Assembly: GCF_009914755.1 (NCBI RefSeq)
Contig: NC_060939.1
Length of the DNA stretch: 64,000 bases
Reading direction: 5' to 3' (one strand)
From: the human T2T-CHM13v2.0 reference genome, Homo sapiens
Below are positions 1-64,000 of the stretch, piece by piece. Below the pieces are notes generated by a model, which saw nothing but the letters and a program-made list of their open reading frames with translations, searched no databases and had not been told where the DNA came from. The translations under genes and the position numbers were made by a program. The first letter of the stretch is position 1. Each line of letters begins with the position of its first letter.

Positions 1-65
1 GTATAATAAAAAGAAAAATTAAAAATTGTGCATTCACAAAAGTAGCTTTTTCTTTGAAAAGTATC

Positions 66-195
66 CTTTTTTTCTTAAGAGATGGGGTCTTGTTATGTTG
101 CACAGACTGGACTTGAACTCCTGGGCTCAAGCAACCCTCTCACCCCACCCTCCCAAGTAGTTGAAACTGCAGGTGTGGGCTACCGCACCCAGCCA
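66..195 (-). mobile_element. Alu monomer (FLAM-like)
   Basis: Poly-T then gagatggggtcttg...gaactcctgggctcaag...cacccagcc. Confidence 0.8.
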
Positions 196-561
196 GATCT
201 AACAGTTCACTTGACGCAAAGTAAACTAATTTGAATTCTAAACATATAACACGACTGCCTACATAATTACATTATGAAATAAAGATAAGCAGTGAGGGTT
301 AATTAGATGGTTGCATTTATTTTCTGAATATATAGAAATATAGTAGAAATGGATCATTTGCTCTGAAGTGAATTAATAATTATAGCCATAATAATGCTTT
401 TACTATTTCAGTTGTTAACGTAAGCTTCGTGATCACACATTTAAGGATTTAATGTGAAAATTTAGAATTGAATGTAAAATGGAAATAAACGAGTAGATTT
501 TATAGTATTGGATTATATGGTAAATGCTCAGTAAATGTTTTATGATTTTTCTTTTTTAAAG

Positions 562-19945
<19,384 letters not shown>

Positions 19946-22900
19946 AAACTATAAAAATTAGATAGCAGTGCTTGCTTCTTTATAGATACATTAGAAATAG
20001 TGTTCCAAATAACATACTTGAATATCATCTTTGAAGTAAACACCATGTTAGACTCCCTGGTGATACCACTCTTGAATTGGTTAATATGTAAGAACATTGT
20101 TTTTTATTACCAGTTGATCTCTCAAATGAAGTGATGACTTTTTCCATATTCTGTGTACCCTTGAGCATGTTGTGTCTTTTTAAAAAACAAAAAAAAGAAC
20201 AAAAATTATTTTTTAAAATGTAAATATTTATTACCATCAGACTTGGAAAATGGAAAGTATTTTATTGTCATGATTGAATTTAGATTGTTACCTGTATTTT
20301 GTTCAGGTTTGAGACATATAAAAGACCCCACCTGTAATAGAAAGGAATATAGACCCTTGCCTCACCTGTATTGCTGTGGATGTGTTTTGTGGGTTTTTCA
20401 TTCGATTTTACAAAATAGGGAAAGGCACTTCCAGTTGTATTTAGTAGGCAGTTGTTGTGAATCATTTTTTTCTCTTATAGGAGGAGATTCCTCTCTAGCC
20501 ATGTTTCTGTTAAAGTTTCATTAATTGAAGCCCAAGTTTACTTTTTACTGTACATACTTATTTTCTAATTGGATTTGAAATCAGCATGATTTTGTTTGAC
20601 AAAGCAAAGTTTAAGATTGAGGTCAGAAATACTTTAATGGAGCAAAGACACATACCAACTTTACATGACGGTGTGAGAAATAGTCCTATAAACTGGTCTC
20701 TTCATCATTTATGCTCTCACTTTAGATATCCAAATATTAAAAGGCAGGCTGACCTGTATCACACAGAATTAAGGCAGTAATTTTCTGCTTCAGTAGATCA
20801 AGGGTAGGGCTAAGGCATCCTGTGGTAATTCTGATTCACAGCTAGATTTGGGAAACACAAAGTTAGGGAATGGCTATATGTGATTTGCTAGTTGGAGCAG
20901 TCAAAGTCTTAGCTATCAAGAGTTGTGAATTTGAATCATGGCACTAGGTCAGGGGTGCTATGGATTGAAATGACCTTAGTTCTCAAGGAGTGATTTGTCC
21001 TCATTTGTCAAATGAGGAATGAGACACTTACCATCATCTCAGGTTGTTTCTTAAAGACCTAAATACAAATACAATTTGTTAAAAACTTACAGAGGGCCTA
21101 TTTTGAATGCTTTAAGATGTAGGCCAAGTAATGTATTTTTCTCTTAGTGTAGAAAGTTAAGAGAAAAAGAGCTGGTACCATAAATTTTTTCAATCTTAGT
21201 GTAAAATCTGTATCTCATTGTAGGCTTCTGGTCAATACCTATACATAACAACTTAATGTGATCTAACCAACTCAACTGATAGAAAGCTGAATTGTTCCCA
21301 GTGGACAAGTGGTATTTGATGTTTAGCAGGTTTTTTTGTTGTTATTTTTTTGGTAAACTCTGTGGTAAAATCTAAAATAATGTTAAAACCCTAAAAGTAA
21401 CTATTGAATATTCTGTAATCTTAGACATGTATTTTTCAAGCTAACCCTTTGAAGAAATGTGTTCAAGGTAGGAAAATATAAAATTTTTTGGTTATTTGTA
21501 AATTTATTTTTTGTGTGTTTATATTTAATGAAAAGATGTAATTTCATTTGTGATAGCTGAAAAAAAGGCTTTCCATAATTAAGAAAATACCTTTATCAGT
21601 AGCTATGAACTCTGAAAAATAATTTTTAAAAACTTTTAAGAAAAAAACTACTTGAGTAAAATATTTCAAGAGTTGTTTAAAAATCTTCTTTAAAACCTTT
21701 ACATTTCTGCCTCACTTCTTTTTTGGTAGCATTAGTTGCTGATGAAGGAGATTTACAACTACTTTCAACTTTTTTACCACTAAAGGTTTATGGTAAATAT
21801 GGCAGAAACAATAGTTTATCAGTTTCATTAGATTTTCCATAAGATTTCTTTGTACCTTTATAGGAGTGCTGCTTGGGTTATTCACTACAATCACTTATTT
21901 CCTATCAAAGTTTAGCACTTGCTCCTGGAATCGTGTTGGAGCTGAAACCACTCCTATGTACACATTCCTATAAACCTTAATTGAATGAAAAGCTGAATCA
22001 GGTAGACTCTTAATATTTTACTCTTTCCTGTAAGGTGGGATTTTCCTGATAATCTTTGTTCAGTAAAAATTTCTTTTGTAGAACAGTTTGCTGAGCAGTA
22101 TCTGGAATAGCAGGAAGGAAATTTGGGGCCTTAATGGGAAAGGCCATAGTGTGAAAATGTTTTATAAATTGAGTGCAATACGACATGGAGTATGATGAAT
22201 GGCACTCCACTGCTTCCTAAAATCCAACACTTTTTTTGATACCTCCTTTTCATTCTTTTTTGCCTGGTTCTCAATTTCATTTTTTAATTACCTCATTGTC
22301 CTTCCCCTTTTTTCTTCTCTTTTTGTCCAGCCTGGTACCTAATAGCAAATATAGACATGATCTTACTGGGAGTTTCTGCCTAAAGTAGTCATCTTTCCTC
22401 TCGACCGTATAAAGAGCATGTATTCTGTCTATAACATAATCACCACACTATTACTCATAAGCACACATCAAAAGGGAAACAAGGGTTTTCTTTGAACTTA
22501 CTTTTGTTTTGCAGATCAGGGAAACCTTGCCTCATTAAACAGAAAAAGGAAAACATTTTAAATAAAAAACATCTTATTACCTGTATCTGTGACAAGAGGA
22601 GGCATGACAACCTAAAAAAAATTTGTGACCAGAAAAATGTCCTGAGCAGTGATACTATCTATACCTTGGAAGGAGCACAGGTTAGAGAAATGTGGGGATG
22701 AAAATTGGGGGAGGTGAGCAGGCAGTTTAATCTTGCCTTCAGGATCAGGCTGTCAGTGTGACTTTATTACTTTGTATGAAGTATTATGAATTGCCCAAAT
22801 GATAAATACACCCCCATCTAAACGTTCCAGAATGCATTCCACAGAGGAATTTGAGTGACTGAAATTTTTCCTCTTTCTTCATTGGTGTGGTTAAACAAAA

Positions 22901-22990
22901 ATTAGCTGGGGATTAAGGGAAAATTGTGGCTATGTCTGATCATTCTAAATAATCATGACCACAAATAAATTGCCCTGAGTAGGTCTGTAA
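19946..22990 (+). other. FAM98B: FAM98B 3'UTR (about 3 kb; end approximate)
   Basis: AT-rich, repeat-poor sequence after the stop; AATAAA at 22964-22969; Pumilio-type motifs TGTAAATA 20219-20226 and TGTACATA 20549-20556. Confidence 0.65.
22964..22969 (+). terminator. Candidate FAM98B distal polyadenylation signal (AATAAA)
   Basis: Canonical hexamer followed by GT/T-rich sequence, just before the inferred RASGRP1 3' end. Confidence 0.55.
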
Positions 22991-23408
22991 CCTGGATTGA
23001 GCTGTCGTTACCAATTTTATCCATAGCTTCAAAGGATTTCTTCTTTACATGCTAGTTTGCTTAGATGAAACTGTGGAATTAAAAGCCACAGAGAAGGGAC
23101 AACCTCAAGTCTGTCTCCTTTAATGTTAAGTATTTATAGACTTAATATTTGGGGACCACTGTAAGTTATGAATAAGATGGAAAGAGATTGAATATTTCTG
23201 TAGTGTTACTTCTTCGTGTTGTAAAAAGATGTAGAAAATTTTAAACTGAATAGCTGCTTTGCCTTTCCTTCCAGGAAAACTCAATTTGATTAATAGAATA
23301 GGGCAGTGGTCTTAGCTGTGGAATATAGGAAAAATTCAGGTAAAGTGTTTACGGGGTCACGAAGCAGAAGAAACACAAGACATTTGTGTTGTAGGGATCC
23401 TAATGTCT

Positions 23409-23414
23409 TTTATC
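23409..23414 (-). terminator. Candidate RASGRP1 polyadenylation signal (variant GATAAA)
   Basis: Minus strand reads GATAAA, preceded by four TGTA (CFIm-type) motifs within 23420-23475. Confidence 0.45.
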
Positions 23415-24823
23415 ATATAAATATTACACAAAGAAAACTTACATTAGGTATCAAAAAACTTTACAATCTGTACATTTGTTTTTTTCTTGCATTTCTATAT
23501 TATACATTTTGAGACAGAAATTCACAACGGTCAGTAAAAAGGTAAGTCAGCAAAGAAAATGAGAAGTGACCCTGCTGTTAATACAACAAGATTTGTCCTT
23601 GTTTTGGCAGATAAATACCTGGCCAAACTAAAGTCGTGTGAGATGCAGAAATTTACACTAGGCTTGATAAGCCAAAGCCTTTTTTTTTTTTTTTCCAGAT
23701 TTCTGTGATCCCACTAGCCCCATGTTGCTCAACACAAATACTATTAACTTGTATACTATACCTCTTTGGCCCTTGCTGGACTGTAAAAACCTGTGACTAA
23801 ACTATTTCCTCTTATCCATTTCAGTGATAAATTCTGCAGTACTTGATACTGTTTAGCCATTGCTAATTTGACTAATTAAGTGGACTGTGACACCTTTTGA
23901 ATCCCTATAGATTATTTATATAAAAACTAACTGGGGATCTTTACTTCGAATGGAGAGGAGGAAGAATGAAAAAAATTGTGTTCCATTACTGTTTTAAAAA
24001 ATTAGAGTACACCATCTTTGGTCTATATCAATCAAAGGAAAACAAGAATAGTGAAGAATATGAATTTTTAGAGTTTGTCCTAACTCATGCTTGTCCTATT
24101 AAAAAGAAAGTAACAAAGTGTTACTATAAGTTTATATGCCAGGTAGTGGGCTTAAGCAGGCCTGCTTTGGGTATTTCTGAGTTTAAATTTGGAAAACGGT
24201 AAATACGTGTGTAAAACTATTCTTTATAATGTAATGAAACACTAACTACAAGCTAGTTCTATATCACTAAAACTCAGTGCAAGGAGGAACTCAAATGGGA
24301 ACTGATCTTTCATCAAAGAGAATTCCTAAATGATCTGAATCCTCCAGGTAAGCAATACTGTATGTATACTTTGTATTCTTATGAAGACTTGGTGCTACTG
24401 GCTTTAGTTTGGAACTTTTAATTGTTAACATATTCTTGGCAATTGGACAACTTGTTTATGAATTTCAAGTCAGTCTGGTACCAGACTTTATAGGCATGGA
24501 AGCTAAGTACCCCCAAAAAGGAAAATGATCATATGATTTTTTTTTTTTTAAGAGAACTAAAAAGAGGCTGACAAATGAATTTGTGAATAGGTGCCCAGGC
24601 AACTAAATGAGCCCATTTATTATTAACCTTCATAATAGAAAACTCACAGGATTGTTACTTGTGATTTTGCCAAACAATACAATTTTACCTTGTGAGCAAT
24701 TTAATCTTGTGACAAACTGAACTTTATATTTGTGACTTTGTATAAATGACTAAAACTTGTTTAATTCACTTCCACATTTTATGGAGGAAACAAAATTCCA
24801 AGCCACATGCATGCCTGATATTG

Positions 24824-24850
24824 TATATACATATTATATACATATGTACA
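24824..24850 (-). promoter_or_regulatory. Three tandem Pumilio response elements (UGUAHAUA)
   Basis: Minus strand reads TGTACATA-TGTATATA-ATA-TGTATATA. Confidence 0.55.
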
Positions 24851-24884
24851 CACAGTCAGCTATTATTTAAGCCACTGATCCAAT

Positions 24885-24892
24885 TAGCTTAT
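24885..24892 (-). promoter_or_regulatory. miR-21-5p 8mer seed site
   Basis: Minus strand ATAAGCTA, complementary to miR-21 UAGCUUAU. Confidence 0.6.
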
Positions 24893-25341
24893 TTCTAAAT
24901 AGTATTAATAGTGAAGACAGTTAAGCACAAATTCATTTCAAAAAGAGAACTTTCAAAATAGTTTACTTCAGAAGAGAAAGATGGAACATGAAGAGTTAAA
25001 CAGACTCTTCATAGACTTTTTTTTTTTAAGCCATCAATTCCTAATTCTATCCACTGTAGAATATATAAGGACAAACATGTTTGCGTTATGTTTATTTTAA
25101 TTAGACAGTAATATGAGATGGTAATAGCTATGTTTCCAGGTACCTAATTTGATTACTTATTTTCTGATGCCTGTAAGTTGTAAGGCTACAACTATAAGTT
25201 GACCTGCAATTGGATAACGTCATGTTTAATAGGCCTCTAAAAAGTTGTGGCTACATCAGTAGAAATTGGCTTCTAGGTAGATATGCTCATGTGTTATGAC
25301 TGTAGTGAGGAAGGAGGGTACATGGACTAATTGATTAGATC

Positions 25342-25350
25342 TGAGGTAGT
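25342..25350 (-). promoter_or_regulatory. let-7 family 8mer seed site
   Basis: Minus strand ACTACCTCA, complementary to let-7 nt 1-9 UGAGGUAGU. Confidence 0.6.
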
Positions 25351-25841
25351 GAAGAAGGAGCCAGGTTCACAAAGTATGCTGGGATACAGAGGAAATCTAC
25401 TTTTGGAATATGGGTAGTTTTCTATTATTAGCAAGCTTTGGCTGGAACAAAGTAAGTCAGTTTGCAGAAAACACAGGGTAAGAAGCAAATCCATTTTCCA
25501 GAGATTTTAGTTTTAAGGAAGAATCAGCCAGGCAGGCCACCGAGATGCCCCATTGTCAGGAAATGATAGTCATGTTTTAGATCGCATACTTTTGATGAAC
25601 ATCAGTGGTATGAATAGCAAAAGTTTTGCATTCTTTAGTTTTCCCCCTTTGAGTCAACTAACTGAAAGAGAAAACAGTGCTGCACATTAGGAATCTTTTA
25701 GGTAAATAAACAGTAACAGGCTTTTCCTTTTAAAGTACTGTTTTAAAGCTGGTCAGTGTAAAGTTCCTCAGGTCTGTGCATTACAGTTTAGGAAATGAGA
25801 TCACTATACTCATCTACAGATTGTGCTACTTAGTTTCTGGG

Positions 25842-61691
<35,850 letters not shown>

Positions 61692-62499
61692 CTGAAAATA
61701 TAAAGAGCAGCACCTGAGTTAGGCCCTGGAGGGAAACTAGTCACCTGGTAGACACCTGCAAACCCTCTGTGACTCAGGTGCAATCCTTCAGGCACAGTGA
61801 TTTTCTTCCACTGCCCCTAGCACAGCCCCCCTCTGTTTTTCTCATCCTCCTGCTACATTCTTCCCTTGCAGAATGTCCATTTTGATGCTCATTAACTACC
61901 CCTTTTCCTCTCCACAGTGGTAAAATCGGGAAAGGGATAAAATCTGCATCAGCACACTTGAGTCTCACTGAAAGCAGAAGCAGATCCAGGTTTTGTGGGG
62001 CCTAAAGTTCATATAACTGGTTGGGGGGTGGGCAGGGAGAGAATTCTCTGGGGTCAGAGTGAGAAAAGTTGGTTTTTAATAGATTGCAGTTAAAATATCT
62101 TACCTTTACAAATTTTACAAAAACAAATGACCATATGAATACATTTCTAGGGCCGTCCCATGGCCTTGGAAGGGGCTCATGCAAGTGAGGAGCCCTGAAA
62201 TATATGCTTCTCCAGTTTTATGGTTAATATGCCTCTGGATGGAAATAAAAGAAGACTATGGGCAAACATTACATTTTAAGATTGCAAGTGGATTACAAGT
62301 ACTCATGATGATTTGTATTAAAGAACATGGTTAGCTAGGTTTTCTAAATCCCAGCTGGCACAAAATAATAAGATGCATTTATACACTGGCATTGGGTAAA
62401 AAGATTCCCCTTGGAGTGGTTTTCAAAATCTTTTCAACATTTATGGCATGAAGTGTTAGGAGCTCTGCTGGTTATTCTCTGCCAGATCTATTCTTTCAC

Positions 62500-62885
62500 C
62501 ATGAAAAATATCAGCCCACTCACTTGCCAGCTGGCTTCCAGTTGGGTTTAGCCATTGGGAAGCACCAGCAAGAGACTGGGAGTGGAGGGAAGTCAGGATA
62601 TTTGTTTTTCATTCCCTCTCTGCATTGACACCACTCCCCTGACAGTGACTACATATCTTTTCAATGAATGATCATGCTGGTTGGTCCTCCCTTCATGGCA
62701 CCAGCTCTCGTTGGATCTAATACTATTAATCTCCTTTGGCCCCCTGGCCCCAAGGGTGGTAATGACTCCTGAGTGTTGATAGTTTCTGGATACATCTCTT
62801 AATTCCACTCTCATCTCTGTAAATAGTCCCTTCATTACAATGTCTTCATTTATACGAACTGAATTCTGTTCCAGACTGGGAACTT
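62500..62885. mobile_element. Possible old ERVL LTR (LTR33/LTR16-like)
   Basis: ctggcttccagttgggtttagcca...agggtggtaa...cccttcatta motifs; family call by eye. Confidence 0.4.
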
Positions 62886-63104
62886 CAATTATTCAAGGCA
62901 AGAGTATCAAATGAAAGAATATACATGAATTGTTTTGTCATCTGTATTGCTCTTTAAAGTTATATTAAAGGGGTTATCATATTCACTCTGCTTCAAATGT
63001 ACCAAATGGTAAATGAAGGACACAGTGCTTTTGGGCTCAGGATTCAGAAGTCTTGGCTCCTCAAACGACGATCTAAAGTCATATCTCATTGAGAAAATAT
63101 AAGT

Positions 63105-63260
63105 GGCTGGGCACAGTGGCTCATGCTTGTAATCCCAGTGCTTTGGGAGGTCAAGGTGGGAGGATCGCTTGAGGTCAGGAGTTTGAGGCTGCAGTGAGCT
63201 ATGATAACATCACTGCACTCTGTCTGGGTGACAGAGCATGAGCCCATCTCAATAATTAAA
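63105..63260 (+). mobile_element. Alu monomer with left-arm 5' half and right-arm 3' half
   Basis: gtaatcccagtgctttgggagg (left arm) joined to gaggctgcagtgagctatgat (right arm). Confidence 0.8.
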
Positions 63261-63329
63261 GTGTATATATTAAAATGTATATATATATGTATATGTAAAC
63301 TGACAGTGTCTTTCATCTTCCCATCCCCA

Positions 63330-63950
63330 AATCCACCATTTCACTGGTACTCTGTTGCCCTTATCCCCTGCCCTCTCCTGTTAGCATGGAAGGCCAACAC
63401 TTCACTGTGCTCTGGGTCTCCCCCTTTCTCAAGGACGTTGATCCTGCATTTGTCCATTTTCTCTCCCACAATATCAACTTTTCTCTCTGTGGGTTTATTT
63501 CCATTGTCATTGAAATATGCCTCTGCATCTCCAATTCAAAACCAAATAAAACAAAACCTTAAACTCTCATCCTCTCTAGCTACTTATTTCTCTATTCCCA
63601 TTTTTAGCAAAACCTCACTGTTATCAGTTTCTTTTCTCCCATTTACTTTTCAATCATTCCATTTGACTTCTGTGTCCATTATTCCACTAAATCTTTTATT
63701 TTCAAAGTTACCAATCAGCTCCACACTGCCAAATCCAACAGTTACTCCTTGATCCTTATCTTACTTTATGACTCAGTAGCATTCAACCCAACACAACCCA
63801 AGTTGATGACTCTCTTTCCTGGAACACTTTCTTCTCTTGGCTTCCATAGCATCACACTCTCTCAGCCTCTCTCTCAGGCTCTTCTTCTGTCTCCTCTTTT
63901 TCTGCTAAGCTTTTAAATGTCAGCATGCTCTGTGGTTGAGTCCTCCCGCT
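63330..63950 (-). mobile_element. L2 fragment
   Basis: Pyrimidine-rich; tgccaaatccaa...cttatcttact...cagtagcattcaac...cacactctc. Confidence 0.7.
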
Positions 63951-64000
63951 TTTTCTTTTATTTATTTTTTGACAGTTTTTAAAATTTAAAACTTCTTAAA

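Larger units (their letters stand above)
23390..25841 (-). other. RASGRP1: RASGRP1 3'UTR (about 2.4 kb; end approximate)
   Basis: Repeat-free AT-rich sequence after the TAG; contains let-7 and miR-21 8mer sites and Pumilio elements. Confidence 0.7.

Noticed and set aside
61-69. Perfect U12 donor-like GTATCCTTT on the + strand
   Set aside because: It sits at the junction with an Alu poly-T tail with no upstream exon visible, and the downstream exon 3 acceptor lacks a U12 branch motif; likely chance
63201-63752. 183-aa plus-strand ORF
   Set aside because: Runs through an Alu tail and a pyrimidine-rich L2 remnant; Ser/Leu/Phe-biased with no recognisable domain

Overview
Mammalian (human-like, Alu-rich) genomic DNA containing two convergent protein-coding genes, recognised from their spliced translations. 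On the + strand are the last six coding exons of FAM98B (tRNA-splicing ligase complex subunit; 562-19945), ending in an extremely Gly-rich RGG exon with a 3'UTR to about 22990. On the - strand are 15 coding exons of RASGRP1 (Ras GEF with REM, CDC25, EF-hand, C1 and coiled-coil regions; 61691 down to the stop at 25842), with a 3'UTR to about 23390. Neither promoter is in the window. All exon boundaries were checked for frame continuity; exon numbers come from my recollection of the gene models. Introns carry ordinary primate repeats (Alu, L1, L2, MIR, MER, Tigger, MLT/THE1), and subfamily calls were made by eye. I found no wholly new gene system. The most notable signals are: a U12-type AT-AC intron in RASGRP1; an intron-readthrough FAM98B C-terminus that swaps the RGG tail for a hydrophobic, tail-anchor-like segment; a U12-like branch point in a U2-type FAM98B intron; three tandem Pumilio elements beside a miR-21 site in the RASGRP1 3'UTR; a reversed-order Alu dimer inside one TSD; and a THE1 LTR 31 nt from a 37-nt exon.
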